A stretch of 51,703 nt of DNA from a bacterium (GTDB lineage: Bacteria > Verrucomicrobiota > Kiritimatiellia > RFP12 > CAIWXQ01): positions 1-51,703 of the forward strand of contig JBAXVM010000001.1 in assembly GCA_037129105.1 (NCBI GenBank), written 5' to 3'. Under the pieces are notes generated by a model. It worked only from the letters and a program-made list of their open reading frames with translations. It made no database searches and was not told where the DNA came from. Position numbers and translations under genes: made by a program. This document shows, one piece after another, positions 17,778-26,954 of the stretch (position 1 is the stretch's first letter; each line of letters starts with the position of its first letter).

Positions 17778-19259
17778 TCAAGCTTCTCCGACACCCGCCG
17801 CTTCCGCATCATCCCCGGTCACATAATCGCCGTCGCCGGGACCGACATCCGCCCGGTCGTTGAACCGGGTCAAAGAATCGTGGAAGTTTAGCCGCACTTC
17901 GCCCGTAGGTCCATTGCGATGTTTGGCCACATCAACAATCGCCAGGGTTTTGTCTTCAAACTCCGTGTCGCCCGGATTGCGACTGGGGCGTCGAAGCAGC
18001 AGCACGACATCCGCATCCTGCTCAATCGCGCCGGAATCCCGCAGATCGGAAAGTTTTGGGCGGGCACTCTTGTCGCCCCGCTGCTCCGGTGCGCGGCTGA
18101 GCTGACTCAAAACGATCACCGGAACCTTGAGCTCCTTGGCCATGGCTTTCAGATTGGATGATACCGCGGCGGTTTCCAGCTGCCGTCCCTGACGCGCCAT
18201 GTCACGGCAGTTCATGAGTTGCAGATAATCCACGATGATCATCTCGATATTGTACTTTTTTTTCAACCGCCGGGCGCGGGCGCGCAACTCCATGACATCC
18301 AGCCCGCCGGTGTCATCCACATAAATCGGAGCCTTGCCGAGCTCGGATGCGGCGCGCGTAAGCTGCTGCGTCACCTTCTGGGGATTTCCCAAGCCGCTAT
18401 CGATCTGAAATGCAGGAACACCGGCCATGCCGCAAAGCATGCGCAGCGCCAGAGCTTCCTGCGCCATTTCGAGGCTGAAGATGGCAACGGGATGCTGGCG
18501 CGCGTGATCGCCCTTGAACCGCTGCCCCTCCATGTCCCGTCCCAGCGCCATGCACTCGGCGATGTTCATCGCCAGAGAGGTTTTGCCCATGGATGGCCGC
18601 GCCGCAAGAACCGTCAATTCACCAGGCCGGAAGCCGCGCAGTTTCTTGTCGAGATTCCGCAACCCGGCTGGTATTCCAGCCACGCCACCCGGACCCAGCT
18701 GAAACAGGCGTTCGACGTGCTGCATGGTGCTGTTGATCACCTGCACCCAGGAGAACAACTGGCCATGCTGCCGTTCGGTGATATTGAGAAAGGCCTGCTC
18801 GGTCTGCCCCAGAATGAGGTCTGCAGACTGGTTACTCTCGAAACAGGTCCGCTCCGTCTCGCGTGCACAGTCAATGACCGCACGCAGCAGGTGTTTTTGG
18901 CGAACGATATCGATGTAGTACTCGGCGTGAGCGGCGGTGGGCGTGGCATCCACCAACCCCTCCAGAAACGCCGTCCCGCCGAGCGCATCCAGCCGGCCCA
19001 CGCTGCGCAGGCGCTCAACCGCAGTCAGCAGGTCGATCGCCATGCCGGTTCGCTGCATGGCTACAAATTCATCAAACAAGCGCCGATGGGCATCAAAATA
19101 GAAGGACTCGGATACCACGCCTTCGCCAACGCACAGATCCATTACCCGGGATGCGTCCAGCAGAATGGAACCCAATACGCCCTTCTCGGCCTCGGCGCTG
19201 TGCGGCGGCACCCGCATCGCGGGCATACCGGCACCCTCTGCCGTGCCTGACTGCGGCAT
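17778..19259 (-). CDS. dnaB: replicative DNA helicase
   Basis: 493 aa with the N-terminal motif PPHSAEAEKGVLGSILLD and Walker A ARPSMGKTS. Confidence 0.95.
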   Translation of the reverse strand: MPQSGTAEGAGMPAMRVPPHSAEAEKGVLGSILLDASRVMDLCVGEGVVSESFYFDAHRRLFDEFVAMQRTGMAIDLLTAVERLRSVGRLDALGGTAFLEGLVDATPTAAHAEYYIDIVRQKHLLRAVIDCARETERTCFESNQSADLILGQTEQAFLNITERQHGQLFSWVQVINSTMQHVERLFQLGPGGVAGIPAGLRNLDKKLRGFRPGELTVLAARPSMGKTSLAMNIAECMALGRDMEGQRFKGDHARQHPVAIFSLEMAQEALALRMLCGMAGVPAFQIDSGLGNPQKVTQQLTRAASELGKAPIYVDDTGGLDVMELRARARRLKKKYNIEMIIVDYLQLMNCRDMARQGRQLETAAVSSNLKAMAKELKVPVIVLSQLSRAPEQRGDKSARPKLSDLRDSGAIEQDADVVLLLRRPSRNPGDTEFEDKTLAIVDVAKHRNGPTGEVRLNFHDSLTRFNDRADVGPGDGDYVTGDDAEAAGVGEA

Positions 19260-19262
19260 AGG

Positions 19263-19712
19263 CTATTCCTTGACGATCCAGACCTTGAGCGAAACCGTGA
19301 CTTCCGGATGCAAGCGAACCGGCACATCGTACGCGCCGACCTGCTTCAGGTGCTCCGCCAGCTCCAGCTGCGAACGGTCAATCGCGACCCCTTGGGCAGC
19401 CAGCGCACTTGCGATCTCGGTCACCGAGACGGAACCGTACAGCTTCTCGCCGTCAATTGTCCGGGCGCGAATCGTGATCGAAACGCCCTCAAGTTTGGAT
19501 GCCTTGGCCTGCGCCTCCGCCAGTTGGATCTTCGCGAGCTCGGCGCGCTCCTTGCGCAGCTTGTCGAGCCGGCGCAACGAGGCCGGCGTCACTGCAGCCG
19601 CCAGTTCACGCGGCAGCAAATAATTGCGCGCGTAGCCATCGGACACTTTTACGACTTCGCCGGCTTTACCAAGGTCCGGCACGTCCGCCATCAACAGCAC
19701 TTCCGTCGCCAT
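19263..19712 (-). CDS. rplI: 50S ribosomal protein L9
   Basis: 149 aa; VLLMADVPDLGKAGEVVKVSDGYARNYLLPR is diagnostic. Confidence 0.95.
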   Translation of the reverse strand: MATEVLLMADVPDLGKAGEVVKVSDGYARNYLLPRELAAAVTPASLRRLDKLRKERAELAKIQLAEAQAKASKLEGVSITIRARTIDGEKLYGSVSVTEIASALAAQGVAIDRSQLELAEHLKQVGAYDVPVRLHPEVTVSLKVWIVKE

Positions 19713-19798
19713 GATAGATATCCCGTTCTTTTTTGCTGTGGTTGCCCGGTGGACTGCCGCCGGGCAACATCATGCCCGACTTCCATCCACCGTGGCTG

Positions 19799-20050
19799 CT
19801 ACGCCAGCAGTCCCATATTGCGTGCACGACGCACGCCACGCTTGATGTCCCGCTGCTGCGCAGCGGTAACGCCGGTCAGCCGCGACGGGATGATCTTGCC
19901 ATATTCGGTGACAAACCGCCGCAGCGAATCGACATCGTTACTATCGACCACCGCGTTCGGATCCAGGTAGCGCGCGCGCCGGCGCGGCCCTGTATTCTCC
20001 GACTTTTCCTTGTCTCTGTCTCTGTCCCGCTCTCGCCTCATCATTGCCAT
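19799..20050 (-). CDS. rpsR: 30S ribosomal protein S18 (with Arg/Asp-rich N-terminal extension)
   Basis: LRRFVTEYGKIIPSRLTGVTAAQQRDIKRGVRRARNMGLL. Confidence 0.95.
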   Translation of the reverse strand: MAMMRRERDRDRDKEKSENTGPRRRARYLDPNAVVDSNDVDSLRRFVTEYGKIIPSRLTGVTAAQQRDIKRGVRRARNMGLLA

Positions 20051-20093
20051 GTTCTTTTCCCGGGTTGTCGCTTACACCATCTGCCTAAACACG

Positions 20094-20567
20094 TTAAAAC
20101 GGCATATCGTCCGTATCCGCCGGCTCGGCGGGCGCCACATCCTGCCCCGCCGAAGCCATCGCCGTCTGCGTGCTGACTGCCGCCGCCGCACGCGCCGGCA
20201 CCGCCGCCGCGCCATCCTGCGCTTCGCCACGCTTCGGCGAGCCGATGAACTTCACCGCGTCCGCACGCACGCGCAGTTTGTTGCGCGCCTCGCCTTGCGG
20301 CGTCTTCCACTCATCGTACGTCAACCGACCTTCCACCAGCACCGAACGCCCTTTGGTCAGGTACTGCTGGCAAAGTTCCGCAAGTTTGTTCCAAACAACC
20401 ACATCCACGTAGCAGGTGACTTCCTTCGGCTGATTCGTCTGCCGGTCACGATACGTTTCGGAGACCGCCAGGCGCAACTCCGCCACCTGCGCCCCGGAAG
20501 ACGTCTGCCGCATTTCGGGATCGCGGGTCAGATTCCCCATCAGTACTACTCGGTTGAACGAAGACAT
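20094..20567 (-). CDS. ssb: single-stranded DNA-binding protein
   Basis: OB fold NRVVLMGNLTRDPEMR, acidic C-terminal tip DTDDMPF. Confidence 0.95.
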   Translation of the reverse strand: MSSFNRVVLMGNLTRDPEMRQTSSGAQVAELRLAVSETYRDRQTNQPKEVTCYVDVVVWNKLAELCQQYLTKGRSVLVEGRLTYDEWKTPQGEARNKLRVRADAVKFIGSPKRGEAQDGAAAVPARAAAAVSTQTAMASAGQDVAPAEPADTDDMPF

Positions 20568-20625
20568 GCCCGCTCATCCCCCTGTCGGCAACCACTGGCG
20601 GAAAAACACCTCAGTCCGCGCCAGG

Positions 20626-21009
20626 CTACGCCTCGGCAGCTGCCGTCTCCGCACGGGCCGCCACCATCGCCTCGCGGGCCTTCTGCTTGGCGCTCTGCTC
20701 TGCGATGATCGCCTCGCGGCGTTCATCCACCACCTGCAACTGCACGCGAAACAGATCTTCCGCCAAATGATAGCGCTCGCGCAGCGTCGCCAGGCTGGCC
20801 GGATCCAACTCGAACCGGATCCGCACATAGACGCCGTAATCGCACTTCCGCATCTGGCGCGCAAAGGTGCGCTTGCCCAGCACCTCGGAGTGCAAAATGG
20901 TTCCGGAAAGGCGCGTGATTTCACCACGCATCTTTTCCACTGTTTTTTCGAGCAGTTCATCCTTTGCCGCGCCGACAAAGATATACAAGCCTTCGTACTT
21001 TCTCACCAT
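20626..21009 (-). CDS. rpsF: 30S ribosomal protein S6
   Basis: MVRKYEGLYIF... in the rpsF-ssb-rpsR-rplI context. Confidence 0.9.
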   Translation of the reverse strand: MVRKYEGLYIFVGAAKDELLEKTVEKMRGEITRLSGTILHSEVLGKRTFARQMRKCDYGVYVRIRFELDPASLATLRERYHLAEDLFRVQLQVVDERREAIIAEQSAKQKAREAMVAARAETAAAEA

Positions 21010-21022
21010 GAATCCACCAACC

Positions 21023-21640
21023 TTAACTCGCGGCCGCTGGGTCCGCAGATTCTACCTGCGGTCCATTGTACCGGTTCATTGCCTCTGCCACGCCTCGTTC
21101 AACCAAACAAGTCACTGCTTCTGCCGTAGCCGCGACCATGCGCCGCGCCTCCTGCCGACGTGCCGGGTCAAATCTCCCCAGCACATGATCCACCAGCCCT
21201 GCGTCCGCAGCTCCTGCACGTCCGACACCCATTCGCACGCGCGCAAACGCCCCTGTACCGAGCGACTCAATCACCGAAGCCAACCCCCGGTGACCGCCAC
21301 TGCCGCCGTCCGGTCGAATGCGAATCCGACCCAACGGCAGGTCTGCGTCGTCCATCACCACCACCAGATCTGCCGGCACACCACCGTAGTAGCGTACCAG
21401 GGGCGCCACACACGTCCCGCTCAAATTCATAAACGTCTGTGGCTGCACCAGCAGCCACGCATCGCCGCCGCGGTCGACTCGCGCCAGCCGCGCCTGAAAC
21501 CGCGTACTTCTCCGCCAATCCACCGCCAGCCGTTCCGCCAGCAGCGCCACCACGTCGAACCCGACGTTGTGCGGAGTATCTTCGTACTCTGTTCCAGGAT
21601 TCCCAAGTCCCGCAATAACCTTCACGCACCGCCTCAACAC
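21023..21640 (-). CDS. pth: peptidyl-tRNA hydrolase
   Basis: VIAGLGNPGTEYEDTPHNVGF motif. Confidence 0.9.
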   Translation of the reverse strand: MLRRCVKVIAGLGNPGTEYEDTPHNVGFDVVALLAERLAVDWRRSTRFQARLARVDRGGDAWLLVQPQTFMNLSGTCVAPLVRYYGGVPADLVVVMDDADLPLGRIRIRPDGGSGGHRGLASVIESLGTGAFARVRMGVGRAGAADAGLVDHVLGRFDPARRQEARRMVAATAEAVTCLVERGVAEAMNRYNGPQVESADPAAAS

Positions 21641-21645
21641 CGGCG

Positions 21646-22389
21646 TTATTTCTTCTTGTCGCCGCCCGCCGGAGCAGCGCCCTTCTTGTCGCCGCCTGCG
21701 CCAGCCTTCTTGTCGCCAGCAGCCGCCTCGGCTTCCTCGCCTTCTTCCTTCTTGCCCTTCGTAATAACGTCCGGCTCGCCGGCGGAAACCGCGCCTTCGA
21801 CTGGCGCTGCTGTCGCCGTGACTTCTTCCGCCGCCATCTCAACAATGGTGGCCACAGCCACGTCGGAATGCGTCAGAACGTGGTACCCCTCGCTCAAATT
21901 CAAATCACGCACAGCCAGCGACTGGCCAAGTTTCAGGGCGCTCACATCCACCGTGAAGAACTCAACGATGTCTCCGGGCAGGCACTCCACCTCAATCTGG
22001 CGCAGCGTCTGCTCGAGGATTCCGCCTTCATTCTTGACGCCTTCCGGTTCGCCGGCCAAGCGCAGCCCGATGGAAACGCGCAGCTTGCGCGTCAGGGAGA
22101 TCTCACCGAAGTCGGCGTGAATTGCGTGGCCGGTCATCACGTCAGACTGCACTTCGCGCAACAACGCCGGCAGATCCTGACCGTCGATTTCAACCGTCAC
22201 CACGAACTGGTTGCTGCTGTGATGTCGCAGCATGTTTTCAAATTCATGTGCATTGACCTGCAGCATCGTGGATCCACCCGCGATGCGTGTCATGGCCGCT
22301 GGCACCAGTCCCTTGCGCCGCAAGCGACGCACGGCACCTGATCCCTGCTCCTGACGATGCTCGGCCTTGATCTTGATCTCTTTCGCCAT
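21646..22389 (-). CDS. rplY: 50S ribosomal protein L25 / general stress protein Ctc, with Lys/Gly/Ala-rich C-terminal tail
   Basis: Start taken at MAKEIKIKAEHR, with an AAGAGGAAG SD upstream (the ORF extends to 22410). It has RRLRRKGLVPA and sits in the pth-ctc-prs context. Confidence 0.85.
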   Translation of the reverse strand: MAKEIKIKAEHRQEQGSGAVRRLRRKGLVPAAMTRIAGGSTMLQVNAHEFENMLRHHSSNQFVVTVEIDGQDLPALLREVQSDVMTGHAIHADFGEISLTRKLRVSIGLRLAGEPEGVKNEGGILEQTLRQIEVECLPGDIVEFFTVDVSALKLGQSLAVRDLNLSEGYHVLTHSDVAVATIVEMAAEEVTATAAPVEGAVSAGEPDVITKGKKEEGEEAEAAAGDKKAGAGGDKKGAAPAGGDKKK

Positions 22390-22422
22390 GATTTCTTCCT
22401 CTTTACCCATCTCCCTGCCGCG

Positions 22423-23358
22423 TTATGCGAGCCGGAAGAGCGAACTGACGGACTTGTCGTTGTGAATCCGAAGAATCGCCTCGCCCAGCAGATCCGCCAC
22501 CGAAAGCACCGTGACGGGAAACCCCTGCGCGTTGACCGGCGGGACCGTGTCGGTCACCACCAGTTCCGTGATCGACGAAGCCTTCAATCGTTGCAGCCCC
22601 TGTTCCGTCAGCAGGGCGTGCGACACCACGCCGCGCACGCTGGCCGCGCCGTGTTCCATGAGAATGCGCGCTGCCGCGCAAAGCGTTCCGCAGGTGGTCG
22701 TCAGGTCGTCAACCATCAACACATCGCATCCGGCCACATTGCCGACGATGCTGTAGGCATCCACCTCGGTCGGTCCCAGACGCTCCTTCGCGACGATCGC
22801 CAGTCCCGTCCCCAGCATCTGCGAATAGGCATACGCCGCTTTCACACCACCGGTGTCGGGAGACACCACGAGCGGGTTCTTTAAATTCAAGTCCCGCAGG
22901 TACTTCACCATCACCGGCGCCGCATACAAGTGATCTACGGGGATGTCGAAGAATCCCTGGATTTGCTGGGCGTGCAGGTCCATCGTCAGCACTCGGTTGG
23001 CGCCGGCCGCCACCAGCAGATTGGCCACCAGCTTCGCCGTGATGGGCACGCGCGGCTGGTCCTTGCGATCCTGACGCGCATACCCGAAATAGGGCAGCAC
23101 GGCCGTGATGCGCGCGGCTGAAGCACGTCGCATGGCATCAATCATAACCAGCAGTTCCATCAGCATCTCGTTCGGCTGACGACAGGTCGACTGCACCAGA
23201 AACAGATCGCCGCCCCGAATGTTGTCGCGAATCTTGACAAACGTCTCGCCGTCAGGAAATCTCTGGATGTCAATCGCACCCAGATCCTGACCAAGATAAG
23301 CGGCAATTTTTCCAGCCAGCACAGGGTTCGATGTGCCGGAAAAAATCCGCATGTTCAT
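22423..23358 (-). CDS. prs: ribose-phosphate pyrophosphokinase
   Basis: MNMRIFSGTSNP..., DLHAQQIQGFFDIPVDHL and the PRPP-binding loop VLMVDDLTTTCGT. The start is uncertain among three nearby ATGs (23376, 23358, 23352). Confidence 0.9.
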   Translation of the reverse strand: MNMRIFSGTSNPVLAGKIAAYLGQDLGAIDIQRFPDGETFVKIRDNIRGGDLFLVQSTCRQPNEMLMELLVMIDAMRRASAARITAVLPYFGYARQDRKDQPRVPITAKLVANLLVAAGANRVLTMDLHAQQIQGFFDIPVDHLYAAPVMVKYLRDLNLKNPLVVSPDTGGVKAAYAYSQMLGTGLAIVAKERLGPTEVDAYSIVGNVAGCDVLMVDDLTTTCGTLCAAARILMEHGAASVRGVVSHALLTEQGLQRLKASSITELVVTDTVPPVNAQGFPVTVLSVADLLGEAILRIHNDKSVSSLFRLA

Positions 23359-23408
23359 GTTTTCGACAACAACCACAATCCAGCTCCTGTGTCCCGCAGA
23401 TCCTCAAA

Positions 23409-23482
23409 TGGTTGCCCGACATGGATTCGAACCATGACTCAGGGCTCCAAAGGCCCGTGTGCTACCATTACACCATCGGGCA
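23409..23482 (-). tRNA. tRNA-Gln (anticodon UUG), CCA encoded
   Basis: Hand-folded cloverleaf. Acceptor TGCCCGA/TCGGGCA (U1-A72, as is usual for tRNA-Gln). D stem GTGT/ACAC. Anticodon loop CT-TTG-GA. T arm CATGG-TTCGAAT-CCATG. 3' ACCA. Confidence 0.9.
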
Positions 23483-24377
23483 GCGTCTTTGTCAGCTTAC
23501 TCCAGACGCCGGCACCCAATCTCCGGCGCACTTCTTCTCCGTGGTCCTCGTCCCGGACCAACGCGAAAACGGACGCCCCGCTACCGGACATGATCACACC
23601 CAACCCGCCAGCGTCCCGCAGACGCACCGCCAGGCTGGCCGTTTCCGGGTAGACAACAAACACACCCGGTTCCAGTCCGTTAAACAGGGACGCCGCGGCA
23701 CCGTAAACATCGCCACTGCGAACCGAAGAAACCATAAAATTATAGCAATTCGGTCTTTCCGTCAAGCCCCCTGTGCAAATACACTTCCGATAGGCCTCAA
23801 AGGTGGGGATGCAAATGCCCGGATTTGCCAGCACCAGCCAGAAACCAGGGACCGGGCGTGACACGCCATCCAGGATTGAAGATACCCGTTCGCCGCGCCC
23901 TTCCATACAGACCGCACCGCCATAAAGCATGGCCGGTATATCGCTGCCAAGTTCAGCACCCAGCGTCTGCAACGCCGCGCTTGAAAGCCCCAACTGGCAA
24001 AGGCGGTTGATCCCGGAAAGCACGGCCGCCGCATCGGCGCTGCCGCCGCCCAGTCCGCCACCGATGGGAATGCGCTTGCGAATGTTGATCCGGATTCCAG
24101 CCGGCGCACCGTGCCGCGCCTGCAGCAACCGCGCCGCGCGATAAGCGAGGTTCTGCTCCTGCGCACCCAGCCGTGCAAGGTCGATCTCCGGCTCCGCATC
24201 CACAATGAGTTCGATATCGCCACCGGTCAGCGCCAGCTCCACCCGATCGGCCAAAGCCACCGGCACCACCACGCTGCGCAAATCATGGTAACCGTCCGGA
24301 CGCTTGCCAAGAATTTCCAGCGAAAGGTTGACTTTCGCCGGAGCATCCAGCACCAGAGCCTTTTTGGCCGTGAACAT
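23439..24377 (-). CDS. ispE: 4-diphosphocytidyl-2-C-methyl-D-erythritol kinase
   Basis: APAKVNLSLEILGKRPDGYHDL and GHMP motif PIGGGLGGGSADAAAVL. The last 44 nt of the ORF overlap the tRNA-Gln gene. Confidence 0.9.
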   Translation of the reverse strand: MFTAKKALVLDAPAKVNLSLEILGKRPDGYHDLRSVVVPVALADRVELALTGGDIELIVDAEPEIDLARLGAQEQNLAYRAARLLQARHGAPAGIRINIRKRIPIGGGLGGGSADAAAVLSGINRLCQLGLSSAALQTLGAELGSDIPAMLYGGAVCMEGRGERVSSILDGVSRPVPGFWLVLANPGICIPTFEAYRKCICTGGLTERPNCYNFMVSSVRSGDVYGAAASLFNGLEPGVFVVYPETASLAVRLRDAGGLGVIMSGSGASVFALVRDEDHGEEVRRRLGAGVWSKLTKTLPDGVMVAHGPLEP

Positions 24378-24454
24378 GCGCGGCGGTATAGCATACCCTG
24401 ACGCAACGGGTCAAGAATGTGCGCACAAAAAGTTCCGGGGCGCGGCGCAAACCG

Positions 24455-24483
24455 GCATGGGCGCGGCAGATTTAAGCCCATGC
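24455..24483 (-). terminator. Hairpin just downstream of the 24493..25302 gene (weak terminator candidate)
   Basis: GCATGGGC / GCCCATGC 8-bp stem with a 13-nt loop; only a short partial U run follows on the minus strand. Confidence 0.25.
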
Positions 24484-24492
24484 GCGCCGGGC

Positions 24493-25302
24493 TCAGTACC
24501 CGTATCCGGGGCGCTGGCGCTGGGTCCGGATCTTGGGCTGCTCCAGTCCCAGCGCGTACCACTCGTCGGCCAGGGCAGCGTTGGAAAAATGATTGGCGCG
24601 GTTGTTGGCGAGATGGTCGCGATTGGTCTTGATGACATCGTGCTCCATCTTGGCGCAGGCTTGCACCAGCACCTTGTGCGCGGACTCCAGCTCCTTACGC
24701 TGCACCAGCATCCAGGAATAAAGCGCATACAGAATCACGCCCTGACCGTAGCGCAGGCTCTTGGTCTGCTTGCGGAAAAACTTCTCCGCCGCGACAGTCT
24801 CGCCACGCACATGCAGCCGGGCCAGCTTCATCGCCGCCGTCATGGGGTCCATGAACATGCACTTCGGCAGCAAGTCATCCACCTTGCGATACTCCTTGAG
24901 CTGATAATAGAGCTGCATGCGCAGCGTGGCAATCTGCCGGTCCAGCATCAGGGTCCACCGGACGAATCTTTCCAAGCCCTTGGAAACATCCAGGGCCTGC
25001 TCGATGAACACCCGCTGCTCGCGCTCCAGTTCGAGCTGCGCCTGCTTGATACTGCCGGGCGGACGCGCCTGCCAGTGGTTGACTTTTTGCTGCAGCTTTT
25101 TCTGCCCGGCCAAAAGCACGTTCTGCACCGCATCCATCGCAGCCTTGACTTTACGCCGCAACAGCAGGCCGATCGTAAGCTGCCCGGCCAGGACGACCAG
25201 CAAACCCCAGGCCATCGCCCACACCGGACGGGCTGCATGCGTGAACCACATCGCCAGACACAACGCAACGCCCAGCAAAAGACTGATCAAGATCGTGTAC
25301 AT
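24493..25302 (-). CDS. hypothetical membrane protein (2 N-terminal TM helices, helical C-terminal domain)
   Basis: Start taken at MYTILISLLLG (the ORF extends to 25386); no recognisable domain. Confidence 0.5.
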   Translation of the reverse strand: MYTILISLLLGVALCLAMWFTHAARPVWAMAWGLLVVLAGQLTIGLLLRRKVKAAMDAVQNVLLAGQKKLQQKVNHWQARPPGSIKQAQLELEREQRVFIEQALDVSKGLERFVRWTLMLDRQIATLRMQLYYQLKEYRKVDDLLPKCMFMDPMTAAMKLARLHVRGETVAAEKFFRKQTKSLRYGQGVILYALYSWMLVQRKELESAHKVLVQACAKMEHDVIKTNRDHLANNRANHFSNAALADEWYALGLEQPKIRTQRQRPGYGY

Positions 25303-25433
25303 GAAACGTATTCCTAAGGACTGGCAAAATTCAATCGTCCGTTTTTCCCCTTGCCGCCCGTCAAAAGGGACACCATAATGCCGCATTCAGCTGCCCATTC
25401 CAAGCACAAGCTATACAGAGGAGTTCACACAGC

Positions 25434-26717
25434 ATGCATACGCTCGCCCTGCGTCTCTATGGCAAGAACGACCTGCGACTCGAAAAATTCGATCTTCCCG
25501 CTCTTGGCGAAGACGAAATTCTGGCGGACATCACCTCAAACAGCATCTGCATGTCGGACCACAAGGCGGCCGCCCAAGGGCCGGATCACAAGCGCGTGCC
25601 CCAGGACGTCGCGAGCAACCCGATCATCATCGGCCATGAATTCTGCGGCCGCATCCTGCAGGTCGGCCGCAAGGCCGCCGGGCATTTCAAGCCCGGGCAG
25701 AAATACAGCATCCAGCCGCAGCTCAACGTCCCCGGGAAGGAGCACATGGCGCCCGGATATTCGTTCCAGCACATCGGCGGACAAGCCACGCGCATCATCA
25801 TTCCGCGCGAGGTCATGGAACTCGACTGCCTGCTCTCCTATGAAGGCGACGCGTATTTCAAGGGCTCTCTGGCTGAGCCGGTCTGCTGCATCATCGGCGC
25901 CTACAAGACCTCCTACCATTACAAGCCCGGAGAATACGTCCACCAGATGGGGCTCAAGGGAGGCGGCAGCCTGGCCATTCTCGCAGGTGCCGGCCCCATG
26001 GGGCTCAGCGCCGTAGACCTGGCGCTGCATGGCGAGAACCGCCCGGCCTGCCTCGTAGTCACCGACATCGACAGCGCGCGCCTGGACCGCGCCGCATCCA
26101 TCTTCCCCGTGGCCGCCGCCAAGGCCAGCGGCATGGATCTGCACTACGTGAACACAGCCACGACACCGGACCCGGTGGCCGCCATCAAGGCCGCCAACGG
26201 CGGCAAGGGGTTCGACGACGTGCTGGTCTTCGCGCCGGTCCCGGCGCTGGTGGAACAGGGCTCCGCGCTGCTCGGCTATAATGGATGCCTCAACTTTTTT
26301 GCCGGCCCATCCAAGCCAGACTTCAAGGCCTCGATGAACTTTTACGACGTGCACTACATGGGACACCACGTGGTCGGATCGTCCGGTGGCAACACCGATG
26401 ACCTGCGCGATGCACTGCGCCTCTCCGCTGCCGGACGCATCAATCCGTCCGTGATGGTCACACATGTCGGCGGCATTGATTCCGCTGCCCAGACCACCAT
26501 TGACCTGGCGAAGATTCCAGGCGGAAAGCGCCTGGTCTACACGCACTTCTCCCTGCCCATGACCGCCATCGCGGACTTCGCCAGGCTTGGCGCCGGCGAT
26601 CCGCTCTTTGCCGGCCTGTCCCGGATCTGCGACCAGCACAATGGCCTGTGGTCAACGGAAGCAGAGCAGTACTTGCTGCAACACGGCAAGCGACTGGAAA
26701 AGGATGCCAAAGTCTAG
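25434..26717 (+). CDS. Zn-dependent medium-chain dehydrogenase/reductase (sorbose-1-phosphate-reductase-like)
   Basis: 427 aa with CMSDHK and GHEFCG zinc-ligand motifs, Rossmann GAGPMGL, and an AGAGGAG SD. Confidence 0.7.
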   Translation: MHTLALRLYGKNDLRLEKFDLPALGEDEILADITSNSICMSDHKAAAQGPDHKRVPQDVASNPIIIGHEFCGRILQVGRKAAGHFKPGQKYSIQPQLNVPGKEHMAPGYSFQHIGGQATRIIIPREVMELDCLLSYEGDAYFKGSLAEPVCCIIGAYKTSYHYKPGEYVHQMGLKGGGSLAILAGAGPMGLSAVDLALHGENRPACLVVTDIDSARLDRAASIFPVAAAKASGMDLHYVNTATTPDPVAAIKAANGGKGFDDVLVFAPVPALVEQGSALLGYNGCLNFFAGPSKPDFKASMNFYDVHYMGHHVVGSSGGNTDDLRDALRLSAAGRINPSVMVTHVGGIDSAAQTTIDLAKIPGGKRLVYTHFSLPMTAIADFARLGAGDPLFAGLSRICDQHNGLWSTEAEQYLLQHGKRLEKDAKV

Positions 26718-26774
26718 CAGCCTGTCGGACGTAGCACTTGAGCAGCATGGACTTTGTGCCGACCCGGCTGCTAG
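26714..26774 (+). repeat. Family-1 hairpin repeat (CAGCC subfamily), forward; its first TAG is the stop codon of the dehydrogenase gene
   Basis: ctagcagcctgtcggacgtagc...gtgccgacccggctgctag. Confidence 0.85.
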
Positions 26775-26893
26775 TCATGGGGCAAGCATACACCAAGCAT
26801 CTGATTCCAGTATAAGCCGCAAACAATTGACAAACAGAAAAGCATTCTGGTCGTTTTCTGAGATCTCGCAACCCGCTATCTGCGGGTTGCCAA
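26775..26893 (-). repeat. Module M, copy 2 (inverted relative to copy 1)
   Basis: Reverse complement aligns along its full length with 12568-12688. It ends with the perfect 9-bp hairpin GCAACCCGC-TATCT-GCGGGTTGC. Confidence 0.75.
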
Positions 26894-26954
26894 CTAGGAA
26901 CCTGTCGGCAGAATGCACCGGAACGATCCAGGCCTAAGTCCGACAGGTTCCTAG
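26894..26954 (-). repeat. Family-1 hairpin repeat (GAACC subfamily), reverse; overlaps the last 6 codons and stop of the HAD gene
   Basis: Differs from the 167-228 copy by one substitution and one 1-nt deletion. Confidence 0.85.

Noticed and set aside
19740-19770. 9-bp hairpin GTTGCCCGG...CCGGGCAAC between rpsR and rplI as a terminator
   Set aside because: On the transcribed (minus) strand it is followed by an A run, not U, and it sits inside a conserved ribosomal-protein operon. At most it is a processing or attenuation structure, which cannot be judged from sequence.
21646-21740. Repetitive DNA (cttcttgtcgccgcc-like units) at the 3' end of the L25/Ctc gene
   Set aside because: The repeats are in frame and encode a Lys/Gly/Ala-rich tail (GDKK repeats) of a kind common in ribosomal protein extensions. 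There is no sign of any other function.
23383-23500. tRNA-Gln as an integration site for a genomic island
   Set aside because: Both flanks are the conserved prs and ispE housekeeping genes. There is no integrase, no direct repeat of the tRNA 3' end, and no accessory genes nearby.
26776-26814. 12-codon mini-ORF (MGQAYTKHLIPV) at one end of module M, also present in copy 1 as MGQAYAKHRISV
   Set aside because: Three of the four nucleotide differences between the two copies within the mini-ORF change the amino acid (only one is synonymous), there is no ribosome-binding site, and it is too short to support.
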